This document shows positions 54,774 through 64,000 of a stretch of DNA of 64,000 nucleotides, piece by piece. The notes under the pieces are model-generated. The model was not told where the DNA came from and made no database searches. It worked only from the letters and a program-made list of their open reading frames with translations. A program made the translations under genes and the position numbers. The stretch's first letter is position 1, and each line of letters begins with the position of its first letter. The stretch is from an uncultured cyanobacterium (GTDB lineage: Bacteria > Cyanobacteriota > Cyanobacteriia > PCC-6307 > Cyanobiaceae), in NCBI GenBank assembly GCA_963765575.1, contig CAVXWZ010000011.1, positions 224,001-288,000 on the forward strand. Reading direction: 5' to 3'.

Positions 54774-55997
54774 ATGCCCGCTGACCCGAAGCCCGCTGAC
54801 CCGAAGCCCGCCACCCCCAGCGATGCCCGTTCGCTCCACCGCAATCCCTCCCCTTACTCCGCCATGGCCCCTACCGGCAACGCAGCCAGTGCCGCTGCAG
54901 CTTCCCCCGCCGCTGCCGTGAGCGCCGCCGATTCCCGGGCTGCGGCCGAGCGCGACAAGGCCCTCGGCCTCGTGCTGAACCACATCGAGCGCAACTTCGG
55001 CAAGGGCTCGATCATGCGTCTCGGTGATGCCTCCCGCATGCGGGTGGAAACCGTCCCCACCGGTGCCCTCACCCTCGACCTGGCTCTGGGCGGCGGCTAT
55101 CCCAAGGGCCGGGTCGTGGAGGTCTATGGGCCCGAGAGCTCCGGCAAGACCACCCTCACCCTGCATGCCATCGCCGAGGTGCAGCGCCGCGGTGGCGTCG
55201 CCGCCTTCGTCGATGCCGAGCATGCCCTCGACCCGGTGTACGCCGCGGCCCTGGGGGTCGACATCGAAAACCTGCTCGTCTCCCAGCCAGACACCGGTGA
55301 GATGGCCCTGGAGATCGTGGATCAGCTCGTGCGCTCCGCCGCCGTCGACATCGTCGTGGTCGACTCGGTGGCTGCCCTCACCCCCCGGGCGGAGATCGAA
55401 GGCGAGATGGGCGATCTGGCGGTGGGCAGCCAGGCTCGGCTGATGAGCCAGGCGATGCGCAAGATCACCGGCAACATCGGCAAGTCGGGCTGCACGGTGA
55501 TCTTCCTCAACCAGCTGCGCCAGAAGATCGGTGTGACCTACGGCAATCCCGAGACCACCACCGGCGGCAATGCCCTGAAGTTCTATGCCTCGGTGCGGCT
55601 GGACATCCGCCGCATTCAGACGCTCAAGCGGGGCACGGAGGAATACGGCATCCGCGCCAAGGTGAAGGTGGCCAAGAACAAGGTGGCTCCGCCGTTCCGC
55701 ATCGCCGAGTTCGACATCCTCTTCGGCCGTGGCATCAGCACCCTGGGCTGCCTGCTCGACCTCGCCGAGGAGACGGGCGTGGTGGTGCGCAAGGGGGCCT
55801 GGTACAGCTACGAGGGGGACAACATCGGCCAGGGACGGGACAACACCATCACCTGGCTGGAACAGAACCCCGAACAGTGTGCGGCCGTGGAAACACTCAC
55901 GCGCCAGAAGCTCACCGAGGGGTCCGAGGTGAGTGCCAACTCGATGAAGCCCCTGGCGGCCGCCGCCAGGACGGCCGCGGTGCCGGCGGCCGACTGA
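54774..55997 (+). CDS. recA: Recombinase RecA
   Basis: [39 protein letters not shown]. Confidence 0.99.
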   Translation: MPADPKPADPKPATPSDARSLHRNPSPYSAMAPTGNAASAAAASPAAAVSAADSRAAAERDKALGLVLNHIERNFGKGSIMRLGDASRMRVETVPTGALTLDLALGGGYPKGRVVEVYGPESSGKTTLTLHAIAEVQRRGGVAAFVDAEHALDPVYAAALGVDIENLLVSQPDTGEMALEIVDQLVRSAAVDIVVVDSVAALTPRAEIEGEMGDLAVGSQARLMSQAMRKITGNIGKSGCTVIFLNQLRQKIGVTYGNPETTTGGNALKFYASVRLDIRRIQTLKRGTEEYGIRAKVKVAKNKVAPPFRIAEFDILFGRGISTLGCLLDLAEETGVVVRKGAWYSYEGDNIGQGRDNTITWLEQNPEQCAAVETLTRQKLTEGSEVSANSMKPLAAAARTAAVPAAD

Positions 55998-56018
55998 GTG
56001 GCCGGCCAGCGCCTCAGC

Positions 56019-56384
56019 TCAGGGGCGGGCGGTCTTGGTGGTCACGGCAATGCCGCCATCCCCACCCTGGGGTGCGGCTGGCTCCTGGAGCGTCTGCGCC
56101 ACCCGCTGGAGTTCGCCGATCGCGTCGGCTCCCTCCAGCTTCACCAGTTCGTGACCATCACGGGACTCGACCCAGCTGATGCCGAAGTCGGAGACCAGGA
56201 AGCGCACCATGTGGTTGCTGCCCAGGCTGGCCACAAACGAGGCGCCGGACCCGTCGCGGCCGTCGCCGCAGCTGTAGCAGGTGGCGGCCATGCCGCGATC
56301 CTGAAGGCTGCGGGCCAGGGCCTCAAGGCTGAGCACAAGATCGTGAACGAGACAGCGGTATTGCTCCGCCAGGCGGGGAAACAT
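56019..56384 (-). CDS. DUF1815 family protein
   Basis: MF.RLAEQYR..V.DLV.SL, ATCYSC, RFLVSDFGISW; usual neighbour of cyanobacterial recA. Confidence 0.8.
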   Translation of the reverse strand: MFPRLAEQYRCLVHDLVLSLEALARSLQDRGMAATCYSCGDGRDGSGASFVASLGSNHMVRFLVSDFGISWVESRDGHELVKLEGADAIGELQRVAQTLQEPAAPQGGDGGIAVTTKTARP

Positions 56385-56495
56385 CGAAGCAATGCCGCAA
56401 ACTGCTGGAACGCTAAGGTTTTCTTCAGGTTTTTGTGGGTGTAAATACCCATCTCCGCACCTGCGCGGCCTGCACCTGCGCTGGCGGCACTGGGC

Positions 56496-56744
56496 TCAGC
56501 CGTCCGACAGGGCCCACCAGCCGGCGGCAGGGCCGATGAAGCGCACCGCGACCCAGAAGATCACCAGGGCGGCAATGCCCACCCAGGCCCCCCGGGTGCT
56601 GACGGCAACAAAGCGGTCGGCCTGATTGCGGGTGAACGGCAGCCAGGAAATCAGCCGGGGTGAGCTGTCGACCTCCCGTGCCGACGCCGGCTTGCTCTGC
56701 CGGGGGGGCAGCCCCTGGATGCTGCGTCGCTTGGCTTCTCCCAT
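56496..56744 (-). CDS. DUF2839 family membrane protein
   Basis: MGEAKRR start, single TM, RFIGPAAGWW end. Confidence 0.85.
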   Translation of the reverse strand: MGEAKRRSIQGLPPRQSKPASAREVDSSPRLISWLPFTRNQADRFVAVSTRGAWVGIAALVIFWVAVRFIGPAAGWWALSDG

Positions 56745-56838
56745 CAGATTCCCCCGTTGCCTGCCGGCAGGCTAGTCAGCCGAGTCCCGAGCACTGCAGT
56801 GGGTCTCGGTCCCTTCGGCATCGACAAGCCGGCCGCAT

Positions 56839-58281
56839 TCAGTGGGGCAGCAGCCGGCTGAGCGGCAACCAGGGGTCGAGCGCTGCCAGCACCTGTCGTC
56901 CCCAGCTCCTGCCGCGCAGGCGTCCATCAAGGATGGCCAGGCGCCCGCCGCCGCGACGCAGTCCAGCCACCGCCAGTTGCAGGCGGGTGAGGCCGTCGGG
57001 CAGCAGCCGTTCACGAAACCAGTCACGGCCCTGGCGGCGCAGGGCCTGCACCTGGGCGGCTGTGAGGGGGTCCTCCAGGCTGGCGATCGGCAGCAGCGCC
57101 ACCACGATCTGGCAGGGCAGGGGTAGACGCTGGTGCCGCTCCAGCCACCAGCTCCAGCGGCAGCACACAACGCCGTTGACCTCCGGTGCGGTGCTCTCCA
57201 GCACCACCCGGCTGCCGAATTCGGCGGCCAGGCCGCTGGCCAGGGTCAGGCGCAGCGCCCTGTCGTCGAGCAGGATCACGCTCAGCCCCGACTGCCCCAG
57301 CACCAGGCGCCGGCATTGCTCCAGCAGGTGCTGGCCGAAATGGGGACTGTTGGGCAGCGGTTGCCGCAGGGGAGCGAACAGGGGCAGGGGGTCGGACAGG
57401 GGCGGATCGCCCAGATCCACGCACACCCGCGGCGTCAGTCCGAGCTCCTCACCCGACTGGCGGGCCGGACCGAGCTGGCCGATGACCACCGCGCCGCGGC
57501 CCTCCAGCAGCCCATCGAGCACCTGCAGCGGTTCCAGGGGCTGGCGATGCAGGGTCCACTGCAGCAGCCGGACGTCGCGCTCGGCCCAGCTGGTCCAGCG
57601 CCGGTTGTCGCTGGCCAGCCAGCGGGGCCACGGTTCGGGCAAGGGTCCCAGCAGGGCCAGCAACTGCCGCAGCGGGGCTTCGTCCTCCTCCGCCAGGGGC
57701 ACCAGAGCGGAGGGGCTGCGCGGGTGCTGCAGCACCCGGCGGCTGAGCCTGGCGTGGAGCTCCAGCAGGGTCGCGGCCGCGGCGGGCTGGGCTCGCCGCA
57801 GCTGATCCCAGTGGCTGGGCTGCAGGCGGATCGCCAGGGCCTGCCGCAGCAGCGCATCGAGCTGTTCGGCTTCCGGGATCACCAGCTGGCGGTCTGCCAG
57901 GGCCCCGCGCTGCCAGGCCGCCACGAGCTGGCGGTGGCTGAGCAGCCACACCCTGGCCTCGCCGGGGTCATCTCCCTCCAGGCAGGGCAGGGCCAGGCCC
58001 GCATCGGCGGCCATCAGCCGCGGCAGCTCCAGCTGCAGCAGCCGTTGCCGCAGGGGCTCGCTCACCACCACAGCCAGGCGGGTCTCGCTCAGGGCCAGGG
58101 GCACCAGCAGGCTGATCAGCCAGCTCGGGTCGCTGCCCGGGGCCAGCCGCACCAGGGTGTGGTCGTTGCGGCGCAGGCTGCGGCCCACCAGGCGGCTGAG
58201 GCTCAGGTGGTGGGGCCAGCGCTGGCTGCCCTCGCGCTGCAGCAGGGCCTTGAGCTGGTGGTGGGCGCGGGCTTCGAGCAT
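56839..58281 (-). CDS. DinG-like helicase C-terminal domain protein (no recognisable Walker A)
   Basis: MLEA..H..LK.LL, WPHHLSLSRLVGRSL, DWFRE.LLP, AILDGRLR.RSWG. Confidence 0.8.
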   Translation of the reverse strand: MLEARAHHQLKALLQREGSQRWPHHLSLSRLVGRSLRRNDHTLVRLAPGSDPSWLISLLVPLALSETRLAVVVSEPLRQRLLQLELPRLMAADAGLALPCLEGDDPGEARVWLLSHRQLVAAWQRGALADRQLVIPEAEQLDALLRQALAIRLQPSHWDQLRRAQPAAAATLLELHARLSRRVLQHPRSPSALVPLAEEDEAPLRQLLALLGPLPEPWPRWLASDNRRWTSWAERDVRLLQWTLHRQPLEPLQVLDGLLEGRGAVVIGQLGPARQSGEELGLTPRVCVDLGDPPLSDPLPLFAPLRQPLPNSPHFGQHLLEQCRRLVLGQSGLSVILLDDRALRLTLASGLAAEFGSRVVLESTAPEVNGVVCCRWSWWLERHQRLPLPCQIVVALLPIASLEDPLTAAQVQALRRQGRDWFRERLLPDGLTRLQLAVAGLRRGGGRLAILDGRLRGRSWGRQVLAALDPWLPLSRLLPH

Positions 58282-58340
58282 CCGCCGTCAGCCGGTGCCA
58301 GTGGATCGTAGGAAGCTGACCCAAGGGCACGGCAACAGCG

Positions 58341-59249
58341 ATGACAACTCCTGCTTCCCCCCCGGGGGCCCAGCCACCGGCTGTGACGTCTCTGCAGGGG
58401 CCGGTGGGCCTGGTGGGTCTGGGGCTGATCGGCGGCTCCCTTGGGCTCGATCTGCAGCAGCGCGGCCTTGAGGTGCGTGCCCTGGTGCGCCGCCCCGAGA
58501 CTGCCGAGCGGGCGCGTCAGCGCGGCCTGGCCCAGGTGGTGGACACCGATGCGGCGGTGCTGGCCGGCTGTCGGCTGGTGGTGCTGGCGCTGCCCCTCGA
58601 TCGCCTGCTGGAGCCCCCCCCGTCGCTGCTCGCCGCCCTGCCGCCGGCAGCGGTGGTCACCGATGTGGGCTCGGTGAAAGCGCCTGTACTGCAGCGTTGG
58701 CGTGGCCTCCATCCCCGCTTTGTGGCCAGTCACCCCATGGCCGGCAGCACCGAGGCCGGGGTGGAGGCCGGCCGGCTGGATCTGTTTCGCGGTCGCCCCT
58801 GGGTGGCGACGCCCGAGGCCGGCAGCGACGCATCGGCCCTGGCCACCGTCCAGGCGCTGGCGGCAGCGGTGGGGGCCTGCTGGCTCACCTGTGCCGCCGC
58901 CGAACACGATCGGGCGGTGGCGCTGATCTCCCATCTGCCGGTGCTGGTCAGTGCCGCGCTGCTGCTGGCCGCCGATCGGGGCGCGGCCGCTGGGCCGCCT
59001 GATCAGGGCCTTCCCGGGCTCACACGGGCCCTGGCCTCGAGCGGCTTTGCCGACACCACCCGGGTGGGTGCGGGAAACCCGGAGCTGGGCGCGCTGATGG
59101 CCCGTTGCAACCGCGAGGCGGTGGGTGAGGCCCTGGCCGGCTACCGCCGCTGCCTCGATGGGCTCGAGCAGAGGCTGGCGCTGGAGGACTGGCAGGGCCT
59201 GCAGCAGGAGTTGGACCACTGCCGGCAGCTGCGCGGGGACTTCCTCTGA
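58341..59249 (+). CDS. tyrA: Prephenate/arogenate dehydrogenase
   Basis: GLGLIGGS, TDVGSVK, SHPMAG, HD..VALISHLP, SSGFADTTRV. Confidence 0.94.
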   Translation: MTTPASPPGAQPPAVTSLQGPVGLVGLGLIGGSLGLDLQQRGLEVRALVRRPETAERARQRGLAQVVDTDAAVLAGCRLVVLALPLDRLLEPPPSLLAALPPAAVVTDVGSVKAPVLQRWRGLHPRFVASHPMAGSTEAGVEAGRLDLFRGRPWVATPEAGSDASALATVQALAAAVGACWLTCAAAEHDRAVALISHLPVLVSAALLLAADRGAAAGPPDQGLPGLTRALASSGFADTTRVGAGNPELGALMARCNREAVGEALAGYRRCLDGLEQRLALEDWQGLQQELDHCRQLRGDFL

Positions 59250-59289
59250 GCGCCTGCATCAGCCGAGCCCTGGGTGTGGCCGCGCGCCC

Positions 59290-60798
59290 TCAGGCCTGCA
59301 GCTGCAGCGTGATGCCCCGGCGCTCGAGCAGCTGACGGCAGGCGGTGAGCGCCGAGAGACTCACCCCTGCGGTGCCTTCGCCGGGATAGATGGCGTCGCC
59401 GCAGAGCCACAGCCCGGCCAGCGCTGTGCGGCTGGCCAGGCCGAAGGGGCCGAAGCAGCGGGGCCGTTGCCCCAGCCCCCCCACGAAGCCGAAGGGCCGG
59501 CCAGTCCAGCGGGCAAAGCCCCGCGGCGTTGCCAGCTCGGCATGCAACCAGGTGTCCGCCGCCAGGCCCAGACCCTGCTCCAGCCCCGCCTGGATCGAGC
59601 CCTGGGCTTCGGCCTTGGCCCTGTCGTAGGCGCTGGCTGTGCCGTTGAACCAGGGCCGCGCTGCCGTGAACACGCTGGCGATCACGGTGGCCTGGCCGAT
59701 GGGCGCCCGGCCATCGCCCTCATGGCTCACGGACACGAACAGGGGGCCGGGGCTGGTGCCGTCGAACTGGAGGTGGGAGGGGACGCCGGCCGGCAGCGAA
59801 CGCCGTGGCACCGCGGCGTAGAGCACCAGGGCACCGGAGGGGTCGTCCAGGCTCTCCAGGCGACGGCCGAAGCCGCGGGGCATCTGCTCCCCCAGCAGCT
59901 CCGGCAGGGCCTGGGGTGGGATGGCGAGCACCACATCGCGGCACTGCTGCCGGCAGGCGGGGCGACCCTGGCCGCCCGTCACCTCCAGCTCCCAGAGGCC
60001 GGAGCTGGTTTGCCGCAGAGCGCTCACCCGCTGCCGCAGCCGCAGCCGGCCGCCGGCCGCCGCCAGCGCCTCCTCCAGCCGACCGCTGAGCATCTGCATC
60101 GAGCCGTGCAGATGCCACAGCCCCAGGGGCTCCTGGGCCATGGCCAGCACGGTGGCGCCGTAGAGGGCGGCGGTGCGATCGGCCGGTTCCTGGGAGTAGA
60201 GCCGCAGCTGAAGATCGAGGAAGCGGCGCAGCCGCGGATCCCCGGCGCAGCCGCTCAGCCGCAGCAGGTCGACCACGGTGGCGGTGGCCAGCAGGCCCGA
60301 CGCCAGGTTGGCCGGCTCCAGGGCACGCAACGTCTGGGCCAGGTCCCAGGGGCTGCGGGGCGGCAGCACCGGATCAGCGGCCGCGAACCGCCAGTTGGCC
60401 CGGTGCAGGGCACTGCAGAGACGCCAGAACCGTTCGCTGCCGGGGAAGTGGCGCTGCCGCTCGCGCTGCCAGCGCTTGGGATCCCGCCACAGGTGCACTG
60501 GCTCGCCGCCGCCGCCGAGGTGCACGACGCAGGCCGGATCGAGGGCGGTGGCCTCGGGCAGCGGCACCCCCAGATGCCGGAACAGGCGCGCGTGGCTGCC
60601 CCCCGGCTCCAGGCCCGCCACCTGGGTGGCGCCCACATCGAAGGTGTAGGGACCACGACGGAAGGTTCCGGCGCAGCCGCCGCTCTGGTGGTGGGCTTCC
60701 AGCAGCTCCACCGTCAGCCCCGCCCGGGCCAGCAGCGCCGCCGCCGTGAGTCCGGCGATGCCGGCCCCCACCACCACCACATCCAGCGGCTCGCCCAT
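59290..60798 (-). CDS. crtD: Carotenoid C-3',4' desaturase
   Basis: VVGAGIAGL, FDVGATQVAGLEPGG.H, LYSQE, CGD..YPGEGTAGVS. Confidence 0.88.
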   Translation of the reverse strand: MGEPLDVVVVGAGIAGLTAAALLARAGLTVELLEAHHQSGGCAGTFRRGPYTFDVGATQVAGLEPGGSHARLFRHLGVPLPEATALDPACVVHLGGGGEPVHLWRDPKRWQRERQRHFPGSERFWRLCSALHRANWRFAAADPVLPPRSPWDLAQTLRALEPANLASGLLATATVVDLLRLSGCAGDPRLRRFLDLQLRLYSQEPADRTAALYGATVLAMAQEPLGLWHLHGSMQMLSGRLEEALAAAGGRLRLRQRVSALRQTSSGLWELEVTGGQGRPACRQQCRDVVLAIPPQALPELLGEQMPRGFGRRLESLDDPSGALVLYAAVPRRSLPAGVPSHLQFDGTSPGPLFVSVSHEGDGRAPIGQATVIASVFTAARPWFNGTASAYDRAKAEAQGSIQAGLEQGLGLAADTWLHAELATPRGFARWTGRPFGFVGGLGQRPRCFGPFGLASRTALAGLWLCGDAIYPGEGTAGVSLSALTACRQLLERRGITLQLQA

Positions 60799-60835
60799 GG
60801 CGCCATGCTGGCAAGGCCGATCCCCCGGGCGCGTC

Positions 60836-61744
60836 GTGATCGCCTCACCCCAGACGCTGCTCGCCCCCTGGCTCGCCGAGCGCTTGGGGGCGAGACTGCG
60901 GGCCCTGGCGCCGGTGGGCGGAGGCTGCATCCACCAGGCCTGGTGCCTGGATTTCGCCGGCGGCCAGCGGCTGTTCGCCAAGACCAACCAGGCTTCGGCG
61001 TTGCCGATGTTCGAAACCGAGGCCGCCGGACTGTGCGCCCTGGCCGGCTGGGCCCGTCCCCCCCTGCAGGTGCCCAAGCCCCTGGCCGTTGGCCGGGCCG
61101 GCCCGCTGGCGGTGCTGGTGCTCCCCTGGCTGGAACTGCAGGGCGGCGGCGCCGAGCGCTCCGGCGACTGGCGCCAGCTGGGGCGGGGCCTGGCGGAGCT
61201 GCACCGCCGCAGCTGTGGTGCCGAGCGGCGCTACGGATTTGCGGCCGACAACTTCATTGGCTCGGCGCCCCAGGCCAATGCCTGGCATCAGGACTGGGGA
61301 CGGTTCTTCGCCGACTGCCGCCTCGCGCCCCAGCTGGGCCGCGCGGCGGCGGCCGGACAGCCCCTGCGGGGGGGCGAGGAGCTGCTGGCCGATCTGCCGG
61401 CCTGGCTGGGGGGGCATGGCTGCCAGCCGGTGCTGGTGCACGGAGACCTCTGGAGCGGCAATGCTGGCCTGCTGGGGCCCGGTGCTGGCGGGGCCCTGTT
61501 CGACCCGGCCAGTCACTGGGCCGACCGGGAGGTTGACCTGGCCATGGCGCGGCTGTTCGGGGGCTTCCCCCCGGCCTTCTTTGCGGGCTACGACGAGATC
61601 TGGCCGTTGGCGTACGGGGCCGACCAGCGCGTTCCCCTCTACAACCTGTATCACCTGCTCAACCACGCCAACCTGTTCGGTGGTGGCTACTGGGGTCAGG
61701 CCCAGGCCAACATCGATGCATTGCTGGCCGCCCGGCCCAGCTGA
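60836..61744 (+). CDS. Fructosamine kinase family protein
   Basis: VGGGCIH, DNFIG..PQ.N, LVHGDLWSGN, DREVDLAM..LFGGF, YHLLNH. Confidence 0.92.
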   Translation: MIASPQTLLAPWLAERLGARLRALAPVGGGCIHQAWCLDFAGGQRLFAKTNQASALPMFETEAAGLCALAGWARPPLQVPKPLAVGRAGPLAVLVLPWLELQGGGAERSGDWRQLGRGLAELHRRSCGAERRYGFAADNFIGSAPQANAWHQDWGRFFADCRLAPQLGRAAAAGQPLRGGEELLADLPAWLGGHGCQPVLVHGDLWSGNAGLLGPGAGGALFDPASHWADREVDLAMARLFGGFPPAFFAGYDEIWPLAYGADQRVPLYNLYHLLNHANLFGGGYWGQAQANIDALLAARPS

Positions 61745-61766
61745 CGGCCCATGCCGCCAGCCCCGA

Positions 61767-61833
61767 TCAGCGCCCTATTCAGCCCGCTCGTCAGCGCTTG
61801 GTTCAGCCCTCTGGTCAGCCCTCTGGTCAGCCC
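61767..61833. repeat. Degenerate 12-bp tandem repeat (six TCAGC-initiated units)
   Basis: TCAGCGCCCTAT/TCAGCCCGCTCG/TCAGCGCTTGGT/TCAGCCCTCTGG/TCAGCCCTCTGG/TCAGCCC. Confidence 0.85.
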
Positions 61834-62303
61834 AGGTATTCGCTTTTCAGGTTCTGCAGGCGGGACACCACCGCCCCGCGCTTCTCGCCGGTGGTGAGGT
61901 TCTTCCAGCTCCACTGGCCCACCACCACCAGGCCGAGCAGCTCCAACAGTCCCGGCACGATCGGCAGCAGGTTGATGGTGTCGAGCACACCCTTGATCAG
62001 CACCTGGGCCACGATCACGAGCACCAGGATCCCCACGATCTTGCTGATGCGCCCCATCTGGCTCCAGTCCACCTGATCGAGCAGCTCGTTCACCCGGCTG
62101 AGCACCTCGCTGTAGCGCTCGCTGAAGCCGGCAGCCGCATCGGTCCCAGCCTCCGGGCTGAGGGTGGCGTCCACAGCTGCGGCGGTCTCGCTGGCTGCTT
62201 TGTTGACGCTATCGCCGACCGCATTGACCGCCTCGCCGACGGTGCTGGGCTCAGTGCCGGAATCAGTGCCGGAATCGGCCGTGGTGGGCGGGAACTCGCT
62301 CAT
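61827..62303 (-). CDS. curT: CAAD-domain thylakoid curvature protein (CurT-like)
   Basis: Acidic N-terminus, two TM helices, VLDTINLLPIVPGLLELLGL...W.NL....R. Confidence 0.85.
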   Translation of the reverse strand: MSEFPPTTADSGTDSGTEPSTVGEAVNAVGDSVNKAASETAAAVDATLSPEAGTDAAAGFSERYSEVLSRVNELLDQVDWSQMGRISKIVGILVLVIVAQVLIKGVLDTINLLPIVPGLLELLGLVVVGQWSWKNLTTGEKRGAVVSRLQNLKSEYLG

Positions 62304-62348
62304 GGGCCTGGGTCGCACACGGAAGACAGTGGTTCATAAGGTATCGGT

Positions 62349-62852
62349 GTGTCCCCCTTCGCGCCAACCGCGGTGGCGTCCGACCGGCGGCTGCGGGTTC
62401 AGCTGCAGCGGCTTTTGGCGGATCCGGCACCGGAAGAAGCCTGCGCCCTGCTGCTCGGCCAGCGGCGCGATGGCGGCGGACTGTGGCGGCTGCGTCGGCT
62501 CTGGCCCTGCCGCAACGTCTGGCCCCAGCCGGCTGAACGACCGCGGCGCTTTGCCATCGATCCGCGCGAGCAGCTGCTGGCCCAGCGCTGGAGCCGCGAG
62601 CGGGGCCTGGAGGTGCTGGGCCACGCCCACAGCCATCCCCGCAGCGCCCCGATTCCGTCCGCCAGCGACCGGCGACTGTGTGTGCTGCCGGCGTTGATGT
62701 TGATCCAGGGTCCGGATGGCGAGCAGCGGATCTGGTGGCTGGCCGACACGGGCGGCGCTGCTGAGCCGACCGGAGAGACCGAGGAAGGCGCAGGGTTTTT
62801 GCCCATGCCGCTCCCGGTGCCGCTCCCGGTGCCATGGACAATGGATGACTGA
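62349..62852 (+). CDS. JAB/MPN+ (M67) metallopeptidase
   Basis: PEEACALLLG, RF.IDP, HSHP...P.PS..D JAMM motif. Confidence 0.88.
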   Translation: MSPFAPTAVASDRRLRVQLQRLLADPAPEEACALLLGQRRDGGGLWRLRRLWPCRNVWPQPAERPRRFAIDPREQLLAQRWSRERGLEVLGHAHSHPRSAPIPSASDRRLCVLPALMLIQGPDGEQRIWWLADTGGAAEPTGETEEGAGFLPMPLPVPLPVPWTMDD

Positions 62853-62898
62853 ATCTGGCCAGCCGCACCCGTGGCCGCGGCCTTCCCTCACCGCCACC

Positions 62899-64000
62899 AT
62901 GCTTCCTCCCGACACCAGCGGCGTTCAGCTCAGCCCCGATGAGGTGGCGCGCTTCTCGCGGCATCTGATCCTGCCGGAGGTGGGCATGGAGGGCCAGAAG
63001 CGTCTCAAGGCCGCGTCGGTGCTGTGCGTGGGCACCGGTGGCCTGGGATCGCCGCTGCTGCTCTACCTGGCCGCCGCCGGCGTTGGCCGCATCGGCATCG
63101 TCGATTTCGACGTGGTGGACCACTCCAACCTGCAGCGCCAGGTGATCCACGGCACCAGCTGGGTGGGCAAGCCCAAGATCGAATCGGCCAAGGCGCGCAT
63201 CCTCGAGATCAATCCCCACTGCCAGGTGGATCTCTACGAGACGGCCCTGACCAGCGAGAACGCCCTCGAGATCATCGAGCCCTACGACCTGGTGTGTGAC
63301 GGCACCGACAACTTCCCCACCCGCTACCTGGTGAACGACGCCTGCGTGCTGCTGGGCAAGCCCAATGTGTACGGCTCGATCTTCCGCTTCGAGGGCCAGG
63401 CCACGGTGTTCAACCTGGATGCCGAAAGCCCCAACTACCGGGATCTGTTCCCCGAGCCGCCACCGCCGGGCATGGTGCCTTCCTGCGCCGAAGGTGGTGT
63501 GGTGGGCGTGCTGCCCGGCATCATCGGCATGATCCAGGCCACCGAGGCGGTGAAGATCATCGTCGGTATCGGCACAACCTTGAGTGGTCGGTTGCTGCTC
63601 TTTGATGCTCTGGGGATGAAGTTCCGCGAGCTGAAGCTGCGCCCCAGCCCCGAGCGTCCGCTGATCGACCGACTCATCGACTACCAGGAGTTCTGCGGTG
63701 TGGGCGGCAGCGCCCCGGGCCAGGAGGAAGCCGGCAGCGTGCCCAGCATCACGGTGGCCGAGCTCAAGACAGTGATCGATGGCCAGATCCAAGACATCCT
63801 GCTGCTGGATGTGCGCAACCCCCAGGAGGCCGACATCGCCGTGATTCCTGGCGCCGTGCTGATGCCCCTCGATCGCATCGAGAGCGGCGAGGCAATCGAT
63901 GACGTGCGCCTCATGGCCGCGGGCAAGAAGCTCTACGTGCACTGCAAACTCGGCGGTCGCAGCGCCAAAGCCCTGCTCGCCCTGGGGCGCCATGGCATCG
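62899..64000 (+). CDS. moeB: MoeB/MoeZ-type adenylyltransferase with rhodanese domain (3'-truncated by window edge; absent from ORF track)
   Basis: Manual translation from ATG 62899: RFSRHLILPEVG, VGTGGLGSP, SNLQRQ, DGTDNF, PSCAEGGV; rhodanese LLDVRNP..HCKLGGRS. Confidence 0.94.
   Translation, partial: MLPPDTSGVQLSPDEVARFSRHLILPEVGMEGQKRLKAASVLCVGTGGLGSPLLLYLAAAGVGRIGIVDFDVVDHSNLQRQVIHGTSWVGKPKIESAKARILEINPHCQVDLYETALTSENALEIIEPYDLVCDGTDNFPTRYLVNDACVLLGKPNVYGSIFRFEGQATVFNLDAESPNYRDLFPEPPPPGMVPSCAEGGVVGVLPGIIGMIQATEAVKIIVGIGTTLSGRLLLFDALGMKFRELKLRPSPERPLIDRLIDYQEFCGVGGSAPGQEEAGSVPSITVAELKTVIDGQIQDILLLDVRNPQEADIAVIPGAVLMPLDRIESGEAIDDVRLMAAGKKLYVHCKLGGRSAKALLALGRHGI

Noticed and set aside
61767..61833. 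Possible mini-CRISPR interpretation of the periodic repeat
   Set aside because: 12-nt period, no spacers of CRISPR length, no cas genes
62263..63993. 576-aa minus-strand ORF
   Set aside because: Antisense shadow of moeB and the JAB gene

Overview
High-GC core-genome window from a picocyanobacterium (Cyanobium / Synechococcus cluster-5-like, inferred from protein sequences and gene order). In order it carries: the rne(3' part)-rnhB pair, pheA, a quinol methyltransferase, the str operon (rpsL-rpsG-fusA-tuf-rpsJ), ferredoxin-dependent glutamate synthase, lipA, cbiG-cobJ, the photosystem I genes psaA/psaB/psaL/psaI, a small envelope cluster, the large rplC...prfA ribosomal superoperon, ndhN-ldpA-ycf45, recA, crtD, curT and a JAB-MoeZ pair. 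There are three tRNAs (Pro-CGG, Ser-GCT, Gln-TTG). I see no mobile element, prophage, CRISPR array or defence island, and I cannot support a claim of a new multi-gene system. The most interesting signals are non-coding or small: (1) an unannotated ~165-nt rod-shaped, 6S-like RNA between ycf45 and tRNA-Gln; (2) a ~380-nt structured leader of the rplC operon; (3) repeated 'stop-codon stutter' tandem arrays, including six in-frame TGA codons after curT; (4) an orphan lipoprotein between psaB and psaL; (5) rnhB lacking a canonical start codon; (6) three apparent single-base insertions (gltB, lipA, rpsQ) that may be sequencing errors. All family assignments are by recognition of motifs; no database search was run.
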